A stretch of DNA of 64,000 nucleotides from Schmidtea polychroa (lineage: Eukaryota): contig CM097885.1 of NCBI GenBank assembly GCA_044892525.1, positions 238,206,001-238,270,000 of the forward strand. Reading direction: 5' to 3'. Both the position numbers and the translations under genes were made by a program. Below, in pieces: positions 12,951 to 27,300 of this stretch (its first letter is position 1; each line of letters opens with the position of its first letter). Below the pieces are notes generated by a model, which was not told the DNA's origin, searched no databases, and was given only the letters and a program-made list of their open reading frames with translations.

Positions 12951-15044
12951 ATCTGATGTGTCCATTAAGTCTAGCGCGGAAAATTTCATGCGTTTTCCTT
13001 ATGTAGATTGAGTCACATATTAAGCTGTTTTTTCTTAAAAGAAGAGCATATTGTATAAAAACGAAACAGATAGTCACTTTAAAAGATATCTTAAAGGGCA
13101 TCGATTAAGGAAGTTGGATAGATGCGAAGAAATAAGTGCATCCTTTGGAAGTAGGTTGTTAGAGCAAAGAGGACTGTATATATGGGTTTTGTCAATTTGA
13201 GCCGGAACTTTATATATATTTATTCAAAATATTGAATAGTCTTCCTGAAGAAAGTGTATTTTGTAGTTTAATGCAACTGACATATATTTTCATTTAGTCT
13301 TCAGCTATAAATCAATGTCTGATGTCTAACACAAATTTGAGCATTGACTCTTTCGAGGGTTTAACATAAGACATTGTTATAAAATCGAAGTTTAAATAAA
13401 ATTGTTAAAGTCTTCAAATCGAATTTAAAAATAAATGAATGATTTTACTTCAACTTACATGACATGTTGAAATAAATACAACTTTCCACATTATTAAACA
13501 TCAATAAAAACGTCAAAAACGAAACCAAAAATTATTAAAAATTGTGAAAATGACCTTAAGGTGTACCAATCCATTTACAAAATAAAATTCGAACTTTTAC
13601 TCGGCGTGTTTAAACATTCATTTTTCTTTCTTTATTTATTCTTTTAAAATAAAATAATTACTCATTTACATTATGTAAATTTAAAAAAAAATTTCTATTT
13701 AATCAAATAATTTAAGATTGATCAACAAGTATGTAAATAAGGCGAAAATTTGTCAAAGTAGAATTTTTTATTCTGGTCTTATAAACTAATAAGTAAAATT
13801 GTTATTGAAAATAGCCAATCAATGGTGAAAAAGATAAAAGATTTGTTGACAGTTTAATTAGTCCATACAACTTTAAATATGATTAATAATCATCGTTTCG
13901 TTGGAAAAATCGTTTATAATGAATTTTTTTCAGGTAAAGACACTTCATAATATCCGGACTAGATTGTATCTTGTAACAAGAAATGTCGAATTTGGTACTT
14001 TTTGGAAATAATTTTACTATAAACAAAAATTTCATTGGTGCAATTATGTTCCGTTTTTAAAGTAGATAACAAAAATTTCCACGCATCGTTGAAAATTCAA
14101 CGTGAATTTATCAAAGCCCAGTACTAATATCAAACGTTACTATTAAATTGGAAGGTATCGATTTAATTTATATATATTCCTAATAATAACATAATCTTCT
14201 AAATAACAGTAGCGTCCATATTTTAATAAAACCGCTAGTCGGAAATTTTTTCCTAGGATATGTAAACTACACAGAAATTTTTGTCTACATACCACAATGC
14301 CCTATGAGTAGTTTTATTGTAAAATACTAAATTTTTAACAATGTTTTCATCACTATAGTTAAAAAATTTAATTTTTGCGAAATTATATTAAAATAATTTC
14401 AATTTTTATTTATATAAAATTTTTATAATAATTTTTGATGCCAAATGAAGAAGTGCTATTGTAATATATTCTACTGAATTTGAGAATCTGTAAATGTCGT
14501 GTATCATAGCAATGCAAGGTAATGGAGGAAACCTATTCCATTACTAATTATAAGATATTTGTGAAAAACTAATACCGGACAAAAAGAGCCTTGATTATTA
14601 AGTAACATGTTTTTAGGCTTTATACTGGAAAACTCTAATACTGTTTACAAGAAGAAACTCAAAGGGTTTTATTAATCTGAGATTCCTTTCGAAGAACAAG
14701 AGAAATGGAGTTATCTTTCAACAGAAATACTGATCCAATAATTATACAATCTCAGTGTGTATTAGTTATTTAACGTTACTTGATCTTATAATAAATAAAT
14801 CTTTTAAAGATTATTTCAAAGATCAAATAAAATATCTATCAAAATTTGGTAAACAAATTGTTTGTCAAAGAGTACAAAATACTTCAAATCGCATATTATT
14901 AGATTTGGCTCAACGGGTACTTGATACAGTTTAAAATGTATAATAATATCCGTCATTTAATAAAAGAACCACTGTTTTACTAATAATAAATTTCTCTAAT
15001 AATAATTGCTTAATTTTATTAGGAACTACGCGATAGGATTAGAT

Positions 15045-15926
15045 CAGTGTTTCTCAAACGGGGGTACGCAGGACTTTTCAATCTTCTATTATCTAAATAT
15101 TAAAAGATAAATAAAAAAAATTAAAATTTTTATTAAAATTTTAATTATACAGAAAAATATAAATATAAACCTGTTTTTTAATTATTGTTTATATTTTAGA
15201 ACAGTGTTGTCCAAACTGGTGTGCCGTGAATTTTTTTTAAAAAGTCAAAAAAAACCCTGTTTTTCCAAACAACTTAATAAAAGGAAATTGAATTGTGGGT
15301 ATTTTAACAGTTATTTCAAATTTAAATGTTAATCAGTCAATTAAGTGCGAAATTTTTGTTTACAATCATATTTATATTTCTTACTAGAAATATTGCACAT
15401 AAATCTCATTAACTATGTTTTATGAATTTTTCATTCACTAATTTTTCTAAATTTAAAATTTTTTACATTAAATTTATTTCAAGTAAATTAGTTTTTCATT
15501 TCTTATTAAAAGATTAGTAAAAGTGCAATAAAAAATTGCAAATAAAGCAAAAAAAAATTTAATTCAGCCAAGTGTGCCGTGGCTCAAAAAAGTTTGGACA
15601 ACACTGTTTTAGAATCAATAATATTTTTTTAAAAATAAACTAAGTTTAAAAATCAAAGCATAAAGTAAATCTTTTATATAAATGTAATTAAAATGTAAAT
15701 CTCTTCGTTTTAAATTTATTTTTAAGTATATTATTTTTTATTTTACAATATTTCAGTTATAAAAGTATTTAATTTTTCATTAATGCTATTAATTTAAAGG
15801 TCGTATATTTTAAAAAAGATATTATAAAAAAATTTAATCATTATATAAAATTTTAAAGCAAAGGGGTAGATTATATAATGAAAATGATCAAGGTGGTACG
15901 TAGTACCAAAAGTTTGGGAAACACTT
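15045..15926. mobile_element. Non-autonomous hAT-type MITE (outer)
   Basis: Ends CAGTGTTTCTCAAAC ... GTTTGGGAAACACT(T); flanks gattagat / aattatat look like a degenerate 8-bp TSD. Confidence 0.7.
15202..15606. mobile_element. Nested hAT-type MITE
   Basis: Perfect TIR CAGTGTTGTCCAAACT / AGTTTGGACAACACTG; perfect 8-bp TSD ttttagaa (15194-15201, 15607-15614). Confidence 0.92.
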
Positions 15927-17227
15927 AATTATATGATTATTTGTTCCTTTGAAATTTTTCATGAGTTTTAAACCAGCGATTTTTAGTTTAAAATTATGTT
16001 ACTTCATTTTGTTATCTACTCATGGACAACTTAATTGCATTTTAAAGGGATATTTGTAACAAATGCTTTTTTAATCGTACTAGTTTAAGACTTAGTATTC
16101 CATGACAGTGGTTGTTAAAGTGGTGGTCCGTGGATTACTGATCACCTGTTCGTGGAAGAGTCAAAAATTAATTTAAATTTCCATCTTTATTATTTAAAAT
16201 AGTTAAATTATTTGAATGTTATTCATTTTAACATACCATATTGAAAATTTAATTAAAACATAAATTAAATGCCCTCAGTGATATTGAAACAAATTGTGAA
16301 TATATGCCGGTCTTAGCACCGACCCGTCGTGTGCAAAACTTTAAAAACCTCGAATTTTGCCCAAAAAACTTGTTTCAAACAAAATTAATTCTGCAACTTC
16401 CAGAAAATCAATTAATAATTCCAATTAGACAACACTTAAATAAATTACGAATAACAAAACATTTTTAACCTCAGGATTGACCAACAATGTTATAGAAGAA
16501 TCGAATAAGGAAGAGAAAGATTTTAATGATAAAGCATACATTGTAATATCAACTCATTCGAGAGCAGTCAAGACATTTGGGCTTCAAATTGCATGGGTAA
16601 AACAAGATGAAATTGAATATCATCAATTAATGAATTTAAGAAAACTACGCAATTTATCTGACAAAAATAGGAACGATAATTCATATCAAATGAAAATAAT
16701 TAATTTTTTGTAATCGATAAATAAATGAGCTGAAACTTGATTTATAATTTCATTGTTTTTATAGGTTTAGTAAATCTTTTGTCATCCAAAAAAAATTATC
16801 GATCGGATAATTAAGGTTTTATTATATATTAAACTGTAAGGTTCTCAGACATTTTCTTTTGCTCTTTGAGTAAAATTATCCAAATCAGGGTTGTCTTTGG
16901 AGATATTTCCTCAAATGTTACCAATTTTTTTTTCACGACATGTGTTTAATTTCTAATAGTTCATTGACATGAATCAAACAAATAATTCAAAAGAATCTCA
17001 AATTTTGTTAAAAAATATACGAATCATAAATTGACAAATAACATAAACAAATTACCAAAGCCAAATAAATATTAATCATCCAAACAGTCATTAAAATCAA
17101 AGAGCCAGATGCACAACAGAAAAGACATAGATGAAATCCATAATAAAGTGATACGTAAGCTCGATAGAATATTGTTTCAATTTCTAACTGGGTGTTCAGA
17201 ATAAAACTTAAATTGGCCAAAGTCTTT

Positions 17228-17253
17228 CCCTAACCCTAACCCTAACCCTAACC
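17228..17253. repeat. Short interstitial telomere-type repeat (CCCTAA)4
   Basis: ccctaaccctaaccctaaccctaacc read directly. Confidence 0.8.
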
Positions 17254-18307
17254 ATGATTGTTCTTTTACTGGGGTATAGAAATATTCAATTTCAAAATCC
17301 CAAAGAAAATGACCACGAAAAGAAAGTAGTCAAATATGGGGAAACTGCATTGAATCGGCGGAGGAAAGAAACCATTGTATCTACAGCCTGAGTTGTTTTT
17401 CTGATTGAGTTTTGAAGCCCGGCGAAAAGACGGGTTGTTACTTAAATAACTTTCCTTTCACTTGTTACCTTGCGTCTGGAAAGTAAACAATGAATTAATG
17501 TGGTAAAGATATTTTCCTCAATAATTAATAAATTATCACGTTTCTATTTTGCATTAATTTGTGAGATTTATAGTTTCCAAAAAGACCGCCTAACGGATTA
17601 TAGGAATGATAATGTAAAATAATAATAATAAGAAGAATTGAACATTTCTGAAATGTCGTTTACCCAAATACAAAATTAATTAGATCTTGCCGAGGTTTTT
17701 ATTAATTGAAAATATTCGACCTAAAATATTACTAATAATAAATTGTAATGGTCATAATAATAATAAAAATATCAATTGGGATAAAAATAATACTTAGTTA
17801 TTAATTATATTTATTAACCATTCCATCATTAATACCAATAACAGCAAATCCGTTCATTTTGTAATTTGTCGTTAAATCGAAATATTTAAAAATAATAAAC
17901 TTTTTTGAATGATCAATGTACGTTCACGTGGTTTTTAAAAGTTCAGTTCACTAATTGATATTAATATTCATGTACATTCGAATCTATTTTCATTGCTAAG
18001 TTATTTGTGACCATGTGATGACTCTTAGCTAAGAGATTTATTATTAACTTGCAACTCGTGCTTCAGATAATTTATTGTATAAAATTACCATAATTTTGAT
18101 ATTTAAGAGTTTCGGATTAAACATCAATATTTTGTGTGATAAGTTAATATGGTCTTAAAAATGAAAATAAAGGAAATTAAAAAAGTAAATGTATAAAAAG
18201 ATAAAACGTTTCACTGATAAGAATAAACTGTTTTTAAAAAAATAATTAAAGTTGCTTGAATCTCTAATTATATTATTTTGTGATTAACGACAGTTTTATT
18301 TCGTTAG

Positions 18308-21300
18308 AATATCGGTTAACGCAATTCATGGACTATTTGAAAGATATAGACTTAGAAGTTATTCAGAAATTAGAAGAAATAAAGTTATTACCAGAATATT
18401 ACGCCTTTCGTTGGGTAACACTGTACTTGTCCAGGGAATTTACAATGCCTGGTAATTAGTTATTTTATATAAAATATTGTTACAAATATATTCAAATCTC
18501 TAAATAAGAAATTCATAAAAGTATATTCTGTTTAAAATTATCAAAAATGAATATAGATATAATTTTTATTATTTGTCTATTAAAATTTACTTTATTATAA
18601 ATTGCAAATGATATATAGACATGTTTTCAACATAATATTCAATCAAACAAGTGTCTATTGAAATTTTTGATCAAAAAATCAATTTTCCACAGTATTTATG
18701 TGCAACGTGTGTGTTATGTTATAGGTTATTTATGCCGAGTAATAAGAAAATTGAAGTGCCCGAAAGTGTCTCCTTTAAAAAATATGTGTTGGGACAATCG
18801 GGGTGTAAGTTGTGTATAGTAACGCGACAATAGTATATAAAAAACGTAAAAATTAATATGTAACAATGATATGACTTTTATATACTTTTATTAACCAATA
18901 AACTATAATACTTTGTTAATTGTCCGGAGGCAAATATTTAGTCCGGTATTTGTGATTGTAGAATAATTATATCTAGGAGGATGTTTTCCAATAAACTTTA
19001 ATACTTTGTTAATTGTCCGGAGGCAAATATTTAGTCCGGTATTTTGTGGTTACTGAATAATTATATCTAGGAGGATGATTTGCAGAGGATTACTTCGGAC
19101 GATTTTGTCTTCTCTTGCACTCAAGAATAATACCTTTGTAAAATTGTCCGGAAAAAAGAGATTTAGGCCTTTATTTATAATGAGAGAATAACTATATTCT
19201 GTAGGATGATTTTCAGAGAATAACTTCAGATGATTTTGTTTCGTATCACAATTATGAATAATCACTTTGTTTCTTAATATATAGTTTAGAATCCAATTTT
19301 TACTTCGGTTTTGTATATTTGTATTTCTGAATAATTCTTATACTTCTTATCGATTTTTTAAAATTTTTAATTTTTTTTTCTATAGTGATAATTTACTATG
19401 GTAAATTATCACTATATAGTTTGTTTTTTTTTCAAACATAAAATAAAAACCTTCGCCACGTACGACGTGAAGAATTGTAATTTACATTTATAACATACGG
19501 TTAACAAAACCAAGAAAAATAAATAATTACAATACATTACAGTGTGCAATAATTTTAATATATTATTACTAGTTATTAATTAATGAAAAAAATGAAATAT
19601 CATCAAAATGATAACAGATAATTAATTAACAGCATGCTACGTTTAACACAGTTAAGAAACTATTGATCTTTGCGTTGATTTGTAGAAAAAGAATATTTTG
19701 AATGATCACACGCATTTCGCCAATGGTTGATTTTTGCAACTTCTGTTTAATATCTTTTCAATGATAATTGGTATCAAAAAGTTAATGATGTAGCTATGGG
19801 ATTACCTTTAGCTCCAACTCTTGCATCAATTTCTCTTTAAAATTAGAGAGAGACGATTACTGAATTTCCTCTTGTAAGGCCTAAAATATATAAACGTTGT
19901 CGATGATGTTTTTTTATTATTTTCTAATTTTGATGATGATGTTCCTTTTTTAAATTAAATGAACGGACTTCATTCAAATATAAAGTTTATAGTGGAAGAA
20001 GTTAATTCTTTTATTCTGTTTTAGATTTTTTAGTGGAAAGAACGGTTAGTGGTTTCGATACAGAAATATATTGAAAGTCAATGGATACAGACCTATACAT
20101 TACTTATAATAGCTTTTATGATTTTAAATATAACAAATATATAATGAGGAGTTTGATTTTAAGATCGTGGTCCATTATCTTCTAAATTTGAAAAATCTAG
20201 CAAAAGTATACATAAGCTCGTTTCTCTTTTGAAAAAATGAATATTACAAATGGGTTTTGTAGAAAGATTGATTAAGGAAACCATTGATCATCTTTTGATT
20301 GAACCCCAAAAAAACAATCAAAAATTACTGTTCATTTAATTATGGTGAACCTTTAAAATCTCATGTTTGAGTTATTCCATATTCGGAAAGTTTAAAAGAT
20401 TTTAAGTTTTCTGTCATGAAATCATTAGGCGATTCTAATATAATATATTTAGAATGGTGTTAAAATCACTAAATATATTTAAGAATAAATCTCAAATCCC
20501 AATAGGTTTAGGGTTTGATCTACTGTATAAGTTTGCATGTAATGGGTGAAATACCACATGCATTAGAGAGACTTCCCGTCATCTCCCCACACGAATTCAA
20601 GAACATAGCCGACTGAAATGCATTGATTCATATTATTGAGCATAGAAAATGTGTAAATAGCAACTGTCTTAAAAGATTTTAAAATGTCATATAAAAACTT
20701 TAATAAGCGGTGAAATTTTTATGTGAGGCACTGTGGATTAAATCACAATTAACATTCAATCAGCAATGAATTTATTGAGATTATTTAATTAACTCATTAA
20801 ATCATAACTATTGTGTCATTATTGTTTCTTTTTATAATTATTATGATAGCAAACTAATAATGGGGATAATTTCTTGAAATATATTTTGTTTTTTTTTGGC
20901 ATTTTAGTATCTTAATTTTCAACTATAATGATTTGTTTCTATTGTTATTATTTTTCGTTTTCCCCTGCTGTTACTTAATATTACTTGTTGATTTTATGTT
21001 CTTCATACTTGCCTAAAATTCTCTCTAAATGATCTTGTTGCATAATATATTTCTTCTTTATCGGTTTTTTTTCTGTCCTACAATATTTACTGTTATTCTC
21101 CTGAAACTTTAAAAAATATTGATTTTGGACAATTGCCAACTAAATACATATATTTTGGATATTTGGAATGTGGACTGAATTTTTAGTATAAGACATAATA
21201 ATGGAAATTTTGTGTTTGGACCAATGAAACTGGGCCCAATTTCCTGGAACATTAACAAAAAATATTCTATCAAATCTAGATGTGTTGACGTATTTTTAAT

Positions 21301-24300
21301 AGAATTTTTAAGGATTGTTAAATATTTATTAAAACATTCGATTTTAATAATAATTTTCAAATTCTGAATAATTAAAACAAAAATAAATGATTATTCACAA
21401 ACCTGATTTTCTATGTTTTCTTATCATTTTTTAAAATTTTGAAATTCTCTCAAACTCTCTATAGCAATAGATTTTTTATTAGGCTTTTTATTCCCAATAT
21501 CTTCGGAACTAGATATTGAGCAGTTTTTAATATCACTTTATTTTCTTTTAACTTTTTGTAGTCACGTCTATGTAGTTCTAATTGTTGTAACCTTCCAGTC
21601 GTCTTTTCTAAATGTTTGTTTACTTTTGTAGTTTTAGATTCGTTAACATTATGTTGATTCAGGTCATGTTATGTATGTTTTTAACCTATAGTTATTACAA
21701 AACACCAACATACCAGTTATGTCCTATGCTCATTCGTATTCAAAGAAAAATGATTATAAGGTAATAATTGATGAATTTTAATGAATCGTTCTTGAGGTAT
21801 TTTAAAAATGAGATATTTTACTTGATTATATTCTAATTCGAAGAATTTACAAAATTAGGATCTCAAATTTTACCACTTTTAAACGCTTTCTTTTTCATGG
21901 TGAGTTATTAGATATTGAAAATATGAGGTGTCACGTATACTTAGAAGATTTCTACTCTTTCGAATACAAATTTTTTTAAATTGTGACTTAAAATGAATTA
22001 TAAATTTTTATATTCTGTGATAACTTATTTTATTTAGGATTTTTTTTCACTTATGTTTTAAATCAATAAGTTCTTTAAATATTAATTTATTTTTAATAAA
22101 AGTTTTATTGTAATCAGTCTTTTAGTTTAATATTATCTGAAAATTGACGTGCCCTATCGAATAATTTTAAATTGCAGAGTAGAAATCTATTATTATATGT
22201 CAAGGGTGGGCACGCATGAGTTCAATGAGAGACATTTTCCGAAAATTTATTTTTTAAAGAGCCACCCATAGTGAACTACATATTTTTTTTTATTTCATTA
22301 ATTTGATTAAAAAAGACTTAAACGCTATTTAAAACAATTATTTCAAAATTTAAGTAACAAACATAAAATATAATAAAAATCCATTAATAAAAAGTAATAA
22401 AATTTCTTGAATTAACGAAGACTTTTGGTCAAATCTTTGAAATTTGGTGTATACTTTGTTAAAGCTGTTCGCAGCAATTCTGTAAGATGCTGATTGGTCA
22501 ACTGTGAACGATATTTCGACTTCACGAACTTCATTGTGGAGTACAAAGATTCACAACAATATGTTGTACCAAAAATTGAAATTAGACGGCAAGCAGCTTG
22601 TTTTAAGTGTGGATATTTTGCCTCTGGTACGAGTTTCCAAAATTCAATTATAGAAGTAACTTTATGGTGCATTTGCAAAGCCTGGTCCTCTTTCATATCT
22701 AATAACTCCAATTCCCCAACCGCTTTTTTAACAAGTATTACTTCAGAAATTGGAAATCCATCTTCAATAATATCACAAATAAATGGGTTCACAAAAAATG
22801 CAAATGTAGATTTAAAACTTTTCAAATCTTCAAACCTACATTTGAAATCCGCTTGCAATTCTTCCAATTTTTCACTGTATTCGTTTACTTTTTCTTCTGT
22901 GATATCAATTTTATTAGCTTTTATTCGTGGAAAATGATTAAATATTTTCGACCTAAGATCGTTCACAAAAAGCCGAAGTTTAGCTTCAAAACTAAATAAC
23001 GTTTGTGACAAATCAATAATTATCTTTTCTTTTCCTTGTAAAGCCAAATTTAATATTTGCAAATGTTCCATAATGTCTGTAAGGAACATTAAGTCAGAAA
23101 GCCAAGTTTCATTTTCTAATTCTGGGTATGCTATTCCTTTTTCTTTGGTAAATATTATGATAGGATTTAGGAGTTCCACAAAACGGTCCAAAACATTGTA
23201 AGTTGACAGCCATCTAACAATACACCATAAGGAGACATCATTGGGCAATTCATCTGTTTCATCATTTAATCTTAATTCTTCTAAAAAGTTTTTAAATTGA
23301 CGATGTGTTTTGGCATTTGTTCTAATTAAATTCACAATCTTCAAAACAATCTTCCACACATTTTCGTATTTAAAGTACTTCGCTATGAGATGCTCGCGAT
23401 GAATTATGCATTGAAGAGATAAGAAATGAGGAATATTTGGATCTCTGTTTAAAAGACCAATGAGACCTTGATTTTTCCCCATCATTGCAGGCGCTCCGTC
23501 TGTCGCAACACTTACAAGTTTATCACGCGCCAATTCAAACTTGTCCATCACTACATCAAGCGCAGTTTTGACATCGATACCGCGAGTTGTTTCTTTAAGA
23601 GCTACTAGGTCTAAAATTTCTTCCTTTACTTTTACGTCAGAAGATACAAAGCGGACAAAAACGGCTAATTGTGGAACATCCTGAATGTCAGTAGACTCGT
23701 CGAGAGCTAAACTGAATGCTGTACAATTTTTTAAATCACACATCAAATTATTTTCAACATTTTCGCTAATTTGGCCAATTCGACGCGCAGTTGTACGACG
23801 TGACATAGGAATACGTGAGATCAATTTATGTAGTTTTGAGTTATCCGGATCCAAAACTTTAATCACTTCTTCCAAGTTTCTTTTAATAAATTCACCTTCT
23901 CCATATGTACGTTTAGCACGAGCTTTTCCAAGCTATCAAAAAACTAGCTTCGTTGGCACTGTCATCTTCTCGACTAAAAGAAGACATTAGTCCTTGTTGG
24001 TTTTGAAGCCCTGATTGCAATGACTTAAGTTTTTCTGTTCGCAATTTTGAATTGAGTGGATATTGAATTGATAAGTGTGGATGACTTACTTCATAGTGTC
24101 GACGTAAATTGGTTACTTTGTAGTTGGAAATTGTAACTTTACAAATAAGACACAACGATTTACCATTATTGTCAATAAAAATAAACTTTTCTGTCCATTC
24201 TTCTTGAAAAGTTCTATTTTCTTGTTTGTATTTTCGTTTTTTGATGTTTTCTGAGGTCATTGTAATAATAAATTTGAATAACTTATATTACTAAAATTTA

Positions 24301-27300
24301 AACAAAATAATAAAAAGACAAATTTAATTTTAATTAATTTAAAATTTTAAAATGCTTCATAAAAAATCTTCTTACCAAATTTTTCAAAAAACACGAATAG
24401 AAAACTATACTAAAATATACAAACGACCGCAATATTGTACAAACAAAAATACTAACTAATCAAAATTCACTAAATTTATTTTCATTGCTTCTCTCTCGTT
24501 GTTATAACAAAGCGCCGCCTACTACAAAATAATTTTAAAAAGCAGTAAAATGTGAAAAACAATGTTTCGTTAATTTTTAACATTTATGAAAATACAATTG
24601 CAACAAAAAAATTTTTTTTTAAAAATTCAGTTGAAAAAATTTCAAAATAAAAAAATCGAATTCAATTTTCAAATTCAATTATCAAAAATTCAATTATCAA
24701 TAAGCCGCAGTTTACTCAACGAAGAGCCGCATTTGCCCACCGTTGTTATATGTCAATACATTGTCGTTTTAATACATTTCAAGATCGAATAAAAGATTGT
24801 ATAACAATGCACCAACAAATTAAAGTTCCAATATTAGCATTCGAGCAAATTTAAAGGATCGCCGAATTTCAAAATTATCGCTCATTCAAGAATAAAACAT
24901 CGTATATTGGAAGGTACAAAAATACATTTGATACAACAATGTATTAATACATGATACTGTAATTTCAACAAGTAATAATAGTAGATTTATCTCCTATACA
25001 ATATTTTCAAACCCTATCGAGTTTCCAGTAACATTAAAAATGGAATAAGGACAAAAGCGTAATCAACTCAGGAATTTAGCAGAATGAAATTCAATTACTG
25101 TACAATATGTTTATCACTTAATGAGGAATTCCAATTTATTTTGGACTTAGAAACAATTTCCAAAGGCCAAATTATAGTAATTTGAGAACAATAAAAGATT
25201 CTTCCAAAAATGTTAAGAAAATATTTATTTATATTTAAATAAATATCTTAAAACATTTCATAAAATCTAAAAAAATATTTTAAAATATTGACATTAAATT
25301 TAAAGAATAAAAATAATTAATTTCATTACTTAGAATTTAACATTATTATTAACTAATAATTTTAAAACTAAAAGTTCAATTGATAGACTTTTATCACTCG
25401 GGCGTTGGTGGTGTACAATAATACCAAAAACATGAAATTAATAAAATTGACCAATCTCAAGAGCACGCTTATAAATCTAATTGTTGAATCCAATCAGAGC
25501 ACATTGAAATATTTAATTGGTTTTATTTACAGTTTAGTAAAAATTAATTAAAAAATTTTATTCAGCATATTATTGGATCTTCAATTAAGATTATACAGTT
25601 AATTTGTTTATTTAGATAGTTTTATTACTACATTAAAAACCCTTAGAAGTTTTATCGTTCTTTTCAAATTGTTAAAACTTTATTAGTAAACGTTACCTAG
25701 AAATATTGAAACTACATCAATTTTATAATTTATACAAATAACTGTTGTAATAGTTTATTTAGTTTTAAGATTAAAATGTTTTAAATTCTAGATGTTATTC
25801 GTCTTTGGGATTCTTTGTTCTCAGTCAAAAATCGTTTAGATTTTATGATTTATGTCTGCTGTGCTTTAATTGTGTAAGTTTTATGCAATTTACAAAAACA
25901 ATCTTATTAACTATTTTGATTGTTAATAAATACTCTGGGAAAGAAATTTAAATCTTTGATAAGTTCCTAGTTCTAAATATTTATTTTTCTCTGTTTCAAT
26001 GATTTAAAATTCTTTTAATTTTTATTATTCTGACACTTGTGTTTGAATATCTATTAAATAAATTCCCAATAATAAATATTTTCTTGACACCACATTTTAG
26101 CATAATAGAAAGAGTTAAATCAATAATTTCCAATAACACATTCCTCGATTTACGCTGTAAATAGGTTCCAGGAAAATCACATAGATAATTACTATATTAA
26201 TCAATTCTTTTTCGTCTACTTCCTTATTGACAAATACCTCATAAATGTTTCAGAATTGAAGTATATATTGTTCTTATTTGACCTAGTAAACCAGATATGA
26301 CAGTAGTAACGATATTCAGTTGATGAATTCTTTGCTTAGCAATGATTTTTCAGAATTTTAACTATTTATTTGGATGGGAATCGACTGTTCACGGTTTTTT
26401 AAAAACTGGTCTAATAATCACATAACTTCCATTTATTTCCCACCATCTTTTTTTATAAAAATAATGAAAATTTATAAAAATTGCCATTTAAAAATAAGAT
26501 TGAAAAAAAATTAACTTACTGTGTCGATAACACTTTTATTGCTTTTTAGAATTTATAATTATTTATAATTTATAGAATTAAATAAAAATAAATTTTTTTA
26601 AATAATTTATTTTACATACTATGCTACGTTTTAAAAAATATTGTAGCCCAACATTTTTAATCCAAGTGTTTCTAATTCAAGCATTTCCAAATCAAACATT
26701 TCTAATTCAAACTTTTTCAATTGAAACATTTCTAATTCAACCATTTCCAATCCAAAAATTTAGGCATTTTTAATCCAAACATTTCCAAATCAAACATTTC
26801 TAATCCAGGCATTTTTTATCGAAACATTTCCAAACATTTAACCCAAGCATTTCTAATTCAAGTATTTACAATTAAAATATTCACGATTCAATATTTGCAA
26901 TTCGAACATTTAAAATTCTAACACTTTCGATCCACGCAGGTCCAATAGTAACTGAAGTCGTTGCTAAAATGGAACAAACCGAATAATTACACAGAATTGA
27001 AGATACTCTTCAAATTAATATAACTTTCTCATTAAAATTATAAATTTATAGATACTTGTCCATGTTTAAATTTTCAGCTTTAGATAATTAACTGTTTTTA
27101 TCTCCTATCAATTTATAAATCAATTCACATATAAATCATATAAATCAATAATTAATTATTATTCATTTTAAACCTTTAAATTTTTCTAAAAATATTTTCC
27201 ATTTTTCTTAAACTTGAATAAAAGTTGAGTTTTAAAAATATTTTGTTTACATATCAACATAAATCTAATCATTATTTAAAACATAAATTCTCTTCATTAA

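Noticed and set aside
13900..14950. Exon-like fragments possibly belonging to TBC1D13
   Set aside because: Frames contain stops and show no TBC motifs.
17228..17253. Chromosome end or telomere-healing site
   Set aside because: Only four units, embedded in ordinary sequence.
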